From sequence record CP071152.1: a stretch of 64,000 nt of DNA, one strand, 5' to 3'. The translations under genes were made by a program, and so were the position numbers. The DNA comes from a plasmid. The first letter of the stretch is position 1. Each line of letters begins with the position of its first letter. Shown here one piece after another: positions 19,828 through 28,688 of the stretch. The notes under the pieces are model-generated. The model saw only the letters and a program-made list of their open reading frames with translations, did not search any database and had not been told where the DNA came from.

Positions 19828-20835
19828 ATGTTTTATATTTTCCTTGATACCTGTGTTCTTTTAGATATTTCAACAAAAAAATATGACCTTCCTTTGGTTT
19901 CTGCACTGGAAGAGTTGGTTGCATCGGGTGTGATTACACTTATACTTACCGACCTAGTTGTGGAAGAGTACGAGAGGAATAAGGAAGACGTAGCAAACAA
20001 GACTGCCAAAAGGTTGTCTCAAGAATTTAAACAAGTAAAAGTAATAGTAAGTGAATTTGCAGGCGATAAAAAAGCGGACACAATAGACGTATTAAATGAC
20101 ATCAATGCGCGTTTACCCCTGCTAACTGATGCCAACTATGCGACCATTCACAGAGTTGAAAGGCTTATCGAATCAGCAAAAAAAATCAGTATTAGTGAAC
20201 GTTCTAAAATAGCCGCAGTTCAGCGGGGCCTAGATAAAAGAGCGCCATTTCACATTAGTAAAAACTCTGTAGCTGATGCGGTCATCATCGAACAATTTTA
20301 TGAGTTCTCGCAGGGTGTCGATAGTGAGTCTGGTTGTTGTTTTTTCATAACCCACAATCACAATGACTTTTCTGCAAAGGATCACCGTCAACCACATTCT
20401 GATTTTGGTAATATTTTTAACGACACGAGTGTTCTTTATTTCAATAATCTAGCATCAGCAATTAATGAAATTGACGAGAATTTTTTAGATGGTATTGAAT
20501 TTGAGTATGACCACACAGAGGAAACCAGAGGCCTAAGAGAAATCCTAGATGCGATGGACGAACTAGTTGACAAAGTTTGGTATAACAGGCACCAGAATCG
20601 CATGTGGGCTATTGAAAATGGCGAGATCGAAATTGTTCCTGAGGGTACTGAACGTTATGGTAATAATGTCATTCACGAGAATATCCTTAAAGGTGCTATG
20701 AAGTCTGCAAAACGTGTTGAAGACACCTATGACAACGTAGGGCCTTGGAGCGACTTTGAGTGGGGTATGATTAATGGAAAATTGTCTGCATTACGTTGGG
20801 TGCTAGGTGATGAATGGGATATGTTAGACACCTAA
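19828..20835 (+). CDS. PIN-like nuclease-domain protein with long C-terminal extension
   Basis: RBS gaggtg before the ATG. N-terminus MFYIFLDTCVLLDI is a PIN-type start (vlDTnvli). The ORF is 42 nt downstream of the DUF2971-like gene on the same strand. Confidence 0.5.
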   Translation: MFYIFLDTCVLLDISTKKYDLPLVSALEELVASGVITLILTDLVVEEYERNKEDVANKTAKRLSQEFKQVKVIVSEFAGDKKADTIDVLNDINARLPLLTDANYATIHRVERLIESAKKISISERSKIAAVQRGLDKRAPFHISKNSVADAVIIEQFYEFSQGVDSESGCCFFITHNHNDFSAKDHRQPHSDFGNIFNDTSVLYFNNLASAINEIDENFLDGIEFEYDHTEETRGLREILDAMDELVDKVWYNRHQNRMWAIENGEIEIVPEGTERYGNNVIHENILKGAMKSAKRVEDTYDNVGPWSDFEWGMINGKLSALRWVLGDEWDMLDT

Positions 20836-21464
20836 GATATACTGGATCAATAACTAACTAAGGCTTCAATATACATTTTCTCATCTGAGGGTAGCGCGCT
20901 AGATCTTTAGATCTAACGCATTTCTATCCAAAATCGAGTTATGCTGAGTATGATAATTTATTCCTCTCCCCCCACTCTGTGGAGCTTACGAAGATCAGAC
21001 TGTAATGCAATTGCTGGATTAGAAGCTGATCACTCCCAGATTGGCAACACCACCCTACAGGCCTATCAGAAAAATTTCGCGTTCCTAGAAGGTCTTCCTC
21101 TGACCGACCCGCAACGAGTGTGTTTATTGGGCGTGCGGGCCGACACACGCCAAAAGTTCAGGGATAATCGGTAACGCAGCGCCAGAACCACTCATCTGTC
21201 AGCCAATTAAACCTTAATAGAGCGCAGGTCAAGTATCGGAGAGCTTATCTTGGAAGACCTGCTGCAGGTTATCCGCGAAGAGGCAGGCTTTTACTCGTTT
21301 GGTCAGTAGCTAAAAACCGGGCTTGGCTTTGTAAGGTGACAGAATAACCATCGCTGCGATCACATTCGTAGCAAACACCAAACGGTAAGCTCATCTGATC
21401 GTGACGAAGAACCATTGCATAATTATTTTTTCGAGTTGGACCTTGACAAGGAAAGTAGAAAAAG

Positions 21465-24062
21465 ATGTCTGAACCAGCGAATGAAACAGCCGGAATGAAT
21501 GATTTTGAAATGTGGTTGAACGACCGTAATGGTTGGCTTCAGACCGCAGCCAGACAACTCATCGACAACAAGAGGTTACCGAATGGGGGCGAGCTTGCAG
21601 AGCTGGTTCGACTTTGCAAACTGGAGGCCATCAAGCAGAGTGACCCTGGATTTCTGAAGGTGGCCCCAGGAGCATTATCTGCTGGCGCGGTACGACGGGT
21701 TGTGCGGGTCGAAGAAGTAACCCAAGTCTTCGGGGTTAACGCGATTAAGCATGGAGCATCTCTACCATTCGGAACGGGCAGTCTGACGGTCATCTACGGG
21801 CAAAATGGTTCGGGGAAAAGTGGTTTTGCTCGTCTGCTCAAACAGCTGTGTGGATCTCGTTCACGGGACGAAATCCACCCCAACGTATTCAACGATAAAG
21901 AGCATGCTTGCAGTGCTCAATGCCGAATCACTATTGATGGCAATTCCCGAGATATCAATTGGCATCCTGGTGCAGAGCCCCATGCGATGCTCAAGTACGC
22001 CCAAGTATTTGATTCGAAGGCAGCAACTCAGTACATGGGGCGCACTGAGTCAAGCTATGAGCCGAGCAGCATGCGGTTCATCTCCATGCTCATTCAAATT
22101 TCGGGCATGGTTTCTGATGAGCTGGGGCGGGAGAAGGGAAAGCTCGTTAGGGCACTTCCACAGTTCCCGGGTGATCTCTCAGAAACCGCTGAGAAAGCCT
22201 GGTTCTCCTCTCTCAAAGCCTCCGTTTCTGCTGAGCAGGTCGAGGCGTATTGCCGGTATGGGAAAGATTTGGACGACGAGCGGGTCAAGGCTGAGGCTCT
22301 GCTTGCGGAAAAAGACATCGCGGGTCGCTTGGTTACCATTGGCAAGGAAAATGTTGCCACTGAAAGCATCAAGCAGGCAATGAAACTGTTGAAAGAAGGT
22401 CTAACCGACGAGAAGGCTGATGAGTTGTCGAAGGCGAGAGTGTCGGCGGTTGCAGCGAGAAAGGCGGCCAACGAAGTTGCACAGCAGGCATTCGCGAATG
22501 TTCCTCTCCAAGGCGTGGGTGATACGGCCTGGAAACTTATGTGGGAGCAGGCGCGCGCCTATTCCGTTGCTCATGCATACCATGGTCACGAATTTCCCGT
22601 TACTTCAGACGGTGCGCACTGCGTGCTCTGTCAGCAAGAACTTACGGCTGAGGGCGCCACTCGGCTCAAAAGCTTCGAGGCTTTCGTCACCGCAGGTCTC
22701 GAGACTGCGGCGAAAACTGCGGAGGCCATCAGTTCGGCACTGATCGCGAAGGTAATTCAGGTGCCTTCGATTGAAGACTGGATTGCGCGCCTGGCTCAGT
22801 TGCAGTTCGACGAAGCCACGGCCCGTGCTTGGTATGAGTCGTTGAAGTCTAGGCGAGCACAGTTTGTGGCGTGCGCTGCCGTGGGAGATATCTCTGCGTT
22901 CGATTGGGTTCCTATCGATCAGGCACTGGAAAAACGAGCTGCCGACTTGCTTGCTGAGAAGACCAGCCTCGCCCAGCTGCAGCAAGATGGGCAGCGGCTG
23001 CAGGTCGAGAAGCGAGTGAAGCAACTCAAAGCACTTCAGTGGCTGTCCCAGAACAAACCTGCGATTCTCGCAGAGCGTGAGCGGCTAGTAGCTGTCGATC
23101 TTCTGGATAAAGCTACTAAGTTAACGGCCACCAATTCGTTGACAACCAAGCGCAACGAGCTTGGACGTACCGAGCTTGATGCTGGATATCAGGCCCGCTT
23201 TGATGCGGAGTTGAAGTCCCTTGGTGGACGGCGGTTGCCAGTTGTGCCGCAGAGCAGGGCTCAAGGAAAGGGAGTTATCACATTTGGGCTCGCCCTTGTC
23301 GGTGCTCGGGCTGGCTTCACTCCTGATGTCGTACTCAGTGAAGGCGAAACCCGCATTGTTGCACTGGCGGCATTCCTGGCCGACACAACTGGTTCGAACC
23401 AGCTTGCCCCCTTCATCTTTGACGACCCGATTTCGTCTTTAGATCAGGATTTCGAGGAGAGGGTTGTTACCCGGCTTGTCGAGTTGGCGAAGACCCGGCA
23501 GGTCATCATCTTCACTCACCGCCTCTCGTTGATTGCACTCGTTGAGGCTGTAATCAAAAAACACGGTGAGAATCCGGCTAACGAGAAAATTACCTACACC
23601 GTGCAGTCGCTTCGACGGCTGGATAAGGTTTCGGGAATTCTGGCGCAACACAGTCTGCGGGATGCCAAGCCCGATAAGGCACTTAATGCGGTTAGAGATC
23701 ACGTCATCCCGAGGCTCAAAAAACATCAGGCCGATGCCGACGCCGACGGTTATGACCTCACCGTGAAGAGCGCCTGCAGTGATTTCCGGATCATCTTGGA
23801 ACGAACAGTGGAGCTCATCCTCTTGAATGACGTAGTTATTCGTTTCAGACGGGACGTCATGACTAAAGGAAAGCTGAGAGGTGTTGCCAAGGTGATGGCA
23901 GAGGACTGCGATTTTATCGACCGGTTAATGACCAAGTATTCAGTCTATGAGCACTCGCAGGCAGATGAGCTACCTCAGGTTCCGGTCGAACTCGATGAGT
24001 TCGAGCGAGATGTATTGGAACTCATTGCATGGATGGCTCAATTCAAGGAGCGATCAAGCTAG
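21465..24062 (+). CDS. RloC/PrrC-like ABC ATPase with CxxC zinc hook and C-terminal nuclease-like domain
   Basis: Walker A GQNGSGKSG, then a long coiled coil containing HCVLCQQE (CxxC). ABC signature-like LSEGETRIVALAAFLAD, Walker B FIFDDPISSLD, H-loop IIFTHR, then about 170 aa more. Confidence 0.5.
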   Translation: MSEPANETAGMNDFEMWLNDRNGWLQTAARQLIDNKRLPNGGELAELVRLCKLEAIKQSDPGFLKVAPGALSAGAVRRVVRVEEVTQVFGVNAIKHGASLPFGTGSLTVIYGQNGSGKSGFARLLKQLCGSRSRDEIHPNVFNDKEHACSAQCRITIDGNSRDINWHPGAEPHAMLKYAQVFDSKAATQYMGRTESSYEPSSMRFISMLIQISGMVSDELGREKGKLVRALPQFPGDLSETAEKAWFSSLKASVSAEQVEAYCRYGKDLDDERVKAEALLAEKDIAGRLVTIGKENVATESIKQAMKLLKEGLTDEKADELSKARVSAVAARKAANEVAQQAFANVPLQGVGDTAWKLMWEQARAYSVAHAYHGHEFPVTSDGAHCVLCQQELTAEGATRLKSFEAFVTAGLETAAKTAEAISSALIAKVIQVPSIEDWIARLAQLQFDEATARAWYESLKSRRAQFVACAAVGDISAFDWVPIDQALEKRAADLLAEKTSLAQLQQDGQRLQVEKRVKQLKALQWLSQNKPAILAERERLVAVDLLDKATKLTATNSLTTKRNELGRTELDAGYQARFDAELKSLGGRRLPVVPQSRAQGKGVITFGLALVGARAGFTPDVVLSEGETRIVALAAFLADTTGSNQLAPFIFDDPISSLDQDFEERVVTRLVELAKTRQVIIFTHRLSLIALVEAVIKKHGENPANEKITYTVQSLRRLDKVSGILAQHSLRDAKPDKALNAVRDHVIPRLKKHQADADADGYDLTVKSACSDFRIILERTVELILLNDVVIRFRRDVMTKGKLRGVAKVMAEDCDFIDRLMTKYSVYEHSQADELPQVPVELDEFERDVLELIAWMAQFKERSS

Positions 24063-24186
24063 ACGGAGTGATTTTGCTCAAGCAAAGGGGCCAGCGGCGT
24101 TTTTCAAGATAGTTGTCGCGCAAAGCTGTTTTAAGCAGCCTCTTTTTGCTCCGGCTCGGGTTTCTCGGGCCGCTCCGGATTTAGCA

Positions 24187-25399
24187 TCACGGCACCGATA
24201 GGTGTCCAGTCTCGCGTCTTGCCACTCCACCTCGCTGGGTGTTGTGCTCGGGCGGCCTGGTACACAGCATCCCGTTTCGCCAGCAGGGCTTTATCGTCAC
24301 CCGATGCCGCTCGTTGGGTGTGACGAAGCGGATACGGCTATGCCGGTGCTCTTCGTTATACCAGGCCATAAAGTCGCGCACCCACTCCCTGGCCGCTTCC
24401 AGACTGGCAAAGCCGTCTGATGGCCACTGCGGACAGTACTTCAGCGTCCTGAACAATGACTCCGAGTACGGATTATCGTTGCTGACCCGAGGCCGTCCCC
24501 CGCGAGGGCGTGACACCCAGGTCATGCATCTTGGTCAGCAGCGTGACTGACTTCATTGGCGCGCCGTTGTCCGAGTGCAAGACCAGCGGCTGCTTCCAGC
24601 ACTGCTCGCGGATGATGCTCCGTTGCAGCAACGCCGCCGCCCGTTCACCGCACTCTTGCTCATGCACTTCCCAGCCCACCCCTTTGCGGCTGTAGATGTC
24701 CTCTATCAGATAGAGGTAGTAATACTGGCCGCGCACGAGTGACGGCAAGTAGGTGATATCCCAGGACCACACTTGATTGGGCCCAGTCGCGGTATGGCTG
24801 GTTGGTACCGGCACATGACGCGGTGGCTGGCTCCGGCCACGCCTGTGCTGCTGGTCAGCCGCCCGCAAGATGCGATAGAAGCTCGACTCACTGGCCAAGT
24901 AGCGCCCCTGGTCGGCCAGCCGTGGCACAATTTGACTCGGCGGCAACGAGGCGAACTCCTGGCTATTGCAGACGTCCAGCACGGCCTGCCGCTCCTCTGG
25001 GCTCAATGCATGAGCAGGTATGGAACGAACCGCATCCGGTCGCCTATCGGCACTCAGCTCAGGGCCGGCCAACCAGCGCTGGAGCGTGCGCAGACTCAGC
25101 CCCAACACCTCGGCCGCAGGATGCTTGCGGGCGCCAGCTTCAAGCGCTTCGCGCCACCATGCAACGTATTGCTGCCGCTCTGGCAACGAGGTCAGTTGTC
25201 CTCGTCGACGTTGCTCCAGTAGGCATCGAGCTTTTTTTGCAATATCAGCAGAGCTGCCGCCTCGGCCAGGGCCTTGTCTTTGCGCCGCAGCTCTTGCTCC
25301 AGTTGCCGGATACGCTTCTTGTCCGCTTTGGCCTGTGCCTTCTCCGCCTGTTGTAAGGTACGAGCGGATTGCTGGCCCAGAATACAGGCTTGGCGCCAT
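24187..25399 (-). pseudogene. IS3-family transposase OrfB, DDE domain split by a frameshift
   Basis: WSWDITYL and HSDNG lie in ORF 24473..25399. NDNPYSESLFRTLK lies in ORF 24187..24525, in another frame. Confidence 0.6.
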
Positions 25400-25692
25400 T
25401 GCTGGACTTGCTCGGGATAGAGACCCTTACGGCGGCAGTACTCACTGAGTTCAATCTCGGAAAGCGCAGCGGTTTCCAGCACGACGGCGAACTTGGCCTC
25501 GGCGGGCCATTCATCGGTCAGTTTGTTGTCCCCGGGCACAGGAGACCCTCCGTCTTTGGCGTGTTTGCGCCAATTATACAGAGTGACCTCGCTGATGTTT
25601 TCCTGCCGAGCCAACTCGGCCACCGACATATTGATGGGCGGCAGCAGCTTCTTGAGCAAAGCAGCCTTGCGCTCACTTGAATAACGAGCCAT
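25192..25692 (-). CDS. IS3-family transposase OrfA (HTH/leucine zipper)
   Basis: MARYSSERKAALLKKLL...ELARQENISEVTLYNWRKH is typical IS3 OrfA. Confidence 0.7.
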   Translation of the reverse strand: MARYSSERKAALLKKLLPPINMSVAELARQENISEVTLYNWRKHAKDGGSPVPGDNKLTDEWPAEAKFAVVLETAALSEIELSEYCRRKGLYPEQVQQWRQACILGQQSARTLQQAEKAQAKADKKRIRQLEQELRRKDKALAEAAALLILQKKLDAYWSNVDEDN

Positions 25693-26447
25693 TCGACACT
25701 CTTTATCCGCCCCCGGTCTTCACATTTAGATTATTCAGATTAGGCGACAACTATTCTGACACCGGGGGCCAGTGATAACTAGATCTATATATGCGATACG
25801 GGCCGAGAAAAGCGCCGACAATGCCGTCGGCGCCTGAAAGTTATGATGTATTAAAATGCATTTTTACATATACAGATAAAGCGTAGGAAACTCTTTGGTA
25901 GCAAGTCTTCTGGCTGACATATCTCCTAACTATGCTCAATTAGGGTATAAGTTTCATCCTTGCAAATAAAGTGTCATCCCAACGGGATGAAAGCATTGAA
26001 TTTGCTGGGCTGTAGCCGTTCTTACTGCTCAAATCACTACCCAGCTCAGGGTTCCACTGGCCAGTTCGAGCCACCCCGGTGTACTTGGCGCTTGGCCACC
26101 CCGGTTTACCTGTTGAGAGACATCTCAAATGCCGCGGTCAAAGTCCCCGAGGGAGATCCAGACGCCATGCCGGGAGTTTCAGCACCGTCGGTTGACCTGG
26201 CCAGCACCGGTTTTGGGGATGAGTTCCGGGGTTGAGCAGCTGGTTGATTTCCACCAAGGACATCGGTGCTCGAGAGCGGACATAAGTACCCAGGTCAGCC
26301 TGCTGGCCACATCCCGGTACCAACCTACTCACGGAATTTGGCCTCTGTCGCAAATTCATCAAGAGGGCCCCTCTACTCATTGCGTGGCAGTGGGCAACGC
26401 GGGTACACATGAGTCGCCCACCACTGCGACCTACCAAGGACTGCGCT

Positions 26448-27206
26448 ATGACGATGTTTGTCTCCTACCCTTTCCGAGTCCCCGCCACCAATGCACCGCT
26501 GTACTGGCAGTCAGCCTATGAGCCGACCCATCGCTTCACCTATCTGCAATTTCATCCCGAACCGAACGAAGATGGAATTGAGATAGATGCCTCTTACGCT
26601 ATGGAAGAGGATTTCTCGGTATCGGTCTTCAACGAACGCTATCAGGGCACCTCACTGTGCTTCCCGATAATCCCGAATGCCTCCCTGCCCAGCATCAAGG
26701 CGTTGGCCCACGACGCCAAGCTGGAGGCCATGCTACAGCGCATCAGCGATGCTTACCTTTCGGAGTTCCATGAAGGTCAGTGGAGGGGAAGTTTCCCCGG
26801 TCTGCCGGAGGGATTTGAGAAAGAGGTGATCGACCATCTGGCCGAGGTGCTATCGGAAGATGCGCTGAAAATAGTCCCAGCCAGCCAGTACGTCCGAGGT
26901 GGTAACCTGGAACTGTTTATTTTATGTGATCTGCTGTCCTTTGAGGACTATGCAGAAAAGCTGGTTCATCTGGCTGAGCATGAAGGGGTGCTCCTTGTGG
27001 GGGATGTGGTGGATGAAGTTGCCAAGTGGTGCGCCGAAGAGGTCGAATATGACATTGAGACGTACCTAGAACCAGACGAGACGCTGCACCTGTTGATCTT
27101 CCTCCTGAAACGGCATGACAAGGCGAAATACGGGTACCTGCTCGATCTCTTCAAAGCCCACTACCCCGAAGTAGAAGTGCCGTTGTTCGCTAAGACCTAC
27201 TCATAG
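26448..27206 (+). CDS. hypothetical acidic protein
   Basis: AGGA before ATG MTMFVSYPF. It is flanked by two copies of a roughly 190-bp GC-rich repeat. Confidence 0.45.
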   Translation: MTMFVSYPFRVPATNAPLYWQSAYEPTHRFTYLQFHPEPNEDGIEIDASYAMEEDFSVSVFNERYQGTSLCFPIIPNASLPSIKALAHDAKLEAMLQRISDAYLSEFHEGQWRGSFPGLPEGFEKEVIDHLAEVLSEDALKIVPASQYVRGGNLELFILCDLLSFEDYAEKLVHLAEHEGVLLVGDVVDEVAKWCAEEVEYDIETYLEPDETLHLLIFLLKRHDKAKYGYLLDLFKAHYPEVEVPLFAKTYS

Positions 27207-27633
27207 GCACTCGTCGAAGGCCTGGCGACCCAGGTTACCTGGCGACACGCCGGGCTGATCTGGTGATGGTTGTCCTCGGTGGAATGCCACCTCCCGACGG
27301 CGGGCACGGGTCCGGCTGAGGAGGTTGGCCACCGCCGGTGTACCTGGTGAGGAGACATCTCAGTGCCGCGGTCATTGTCCTTCGTGCAACTCAAGAAGCC
27401 CTGCAGGGAGTTTCAGCAGCGTCAGTTGACCTGGCCAGTGCCCGTTTTTTGGATGAGCTCCGGGGTTGAGCGGCGGGTGGATGTCCCTCATTGGCCCTGA
27501 AAGTCCCAGATGTCATGGGCAGCTGCGTGCGAGCTGCACCTGGCTGGGCCCGGCGACGCGGGATCCCGCCCCTCCCGGTCCTTCAAGGACAAATTGGTGG
27601 TCGGCCCGGCGCTCCAGTATCCGCCCACCTGGG

Positions 27634-27669
27634 TGCCGGTGCCGGTGCCGGTGCCGGTGCCGGTGCCGG
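27634..27669. repeat. hexanucleotide SSR (TGCCGG)x6
   Basis: Read directly from the sequence, in a non-coding GC-rich spacer. Confidence 0.9.
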
Positions 27670-28035
27670 TGGACGATAGTCGACCTGTTGGTGGTTCGAC
27701 ATGCCGGTTGTCCGGCACCTCTTTGAAAATATGTGGGTCGCCGCGCAGAAATGATGATGAGTCTTGATTTACGTTGTCGCCGAAGCCGCGTCGCCGCGCC
27801 ATATGAGGTCGAGTGACGCCGGTTGCCTCCGCCAGAATTTGATCCAGCTGTAAGGATTCGAAGATGAAAATCAAAGTGATCTGCGAGTACGCTTGGGAAG
27901 TAGTGAGATCGAAAAAGAGAGCACTCTTCACCGCTGAGATGTTTCGTAAACAGGGGTACGGACATTCCACCTTCCAGATCATGGATGACGATGGTATGGT
28001 ATGGGTAATCACAGGTATTACCTTGGAGTACCACC

Positions 28036-28323
28036 ATGCCCACACAATCCAAACCGGTCTCGATCAAACTCGACGCCGATACCCAGGAACGCATCAAACG
28101 CCTGGCAACCTCCCGCGAACGCTCAGCCCATTGGCTCATGCGCGAAGCCATCAGCCAGTATGTCGAGCGCGAAGAACTGCGCGAGACCTTCCACCGCGAC
28201 ACTCTGGAGGCCTGGCAGGAGTTCCAGGAGACCGGCCAGTATGCCACCGCTCAAGATGTGGATCAGTGGCTAGCCTCTTGGGGCACTGATGCCGAAGGAG
28301 CGCCTCCTGCATGCCACCAGTGA
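28036..28323 (+). CDS. RHH antitoxin (ParD/CopG-like)
   Basis: ...SIKLDADTQERIKRLATSRERSAHWLMREAISQYV. It overlaps the toxin start by 13 nt. Confidence 0.6.
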   Translation: MPTQSKPVSIKLDADTQERIKRLATSRERSAHWLMREAISQYVEREELRETFHRDTLEAWQEFQETGQYATAQDVDQWLASWGTDAEGAPPACHQ

Positions 28324-28604
28324 TCTTTGCCCCTGCCGCCCTGCGAGACCTGCAACGCCTACGTGAATTCCTGCGCCCTAAAAGCCCGCAGGTCGCACAG
28401 CGGGCCGCAACAACAATCCAGCTGTCCCTACGCCAGCTCGCAGCCCAACCCTCAATGGGCCGCCCCATAGAAGGACTGCCAGAGGCGTTTCGTGAGTGGG
28501 TGATCCCCTTTGGTGACAGCGGCTATTTAGCCCGCTATCGCATTGAACCGGATGTCATCGTGGTGCTCGCTGTCCGCCATCAACGCGAAGTTGGCTACTC
28601 ATGA
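28311..28604 (+). CDS. RelE/ParE-family toxin
   Basis: 97 aa. ...YRIEPDVIVVLAVRHQRE is the RelE/ParE C-terminal pattern. Confidence 0.6.
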   Translation: MPPVIFAPAALRDLQRLREFLRPKSPQVAQRAATTIQLSLRQLAAQPSMGRPIEGLPEAFREWVIPFGDSGYLARYRIEPDVIVVLAVRHQREVGYS

Positions 28605-28688
28605 TGTAAGAGACAACGTCAGGCCAAACACCTCGTTCCGCAATGTGTACCAGGGGCGTCCGATTTGGGATGTTATTGGCTGATCGAT

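Larger units (their letters stand above)
24104..25759 (-). mobile_element. IS3-family insertion sequence (transposase disrupted)
   Basis: Terminal inverted repeats TCAAGATAGTTGTCGC (left) and GCGACAACTATTCTGA (right). orfA plus a frameshifted orfB lie inside. Confidence 0.6.

Noticed and set aside
27513-28247. 244-aa and 185-aa minus-strand ORFs
   Set aside because: They are antisense to the ParD/ParE genes and span the (TGCCGG)6 tract. Their translations are Arg/Ser/Trp-rich nonsense.
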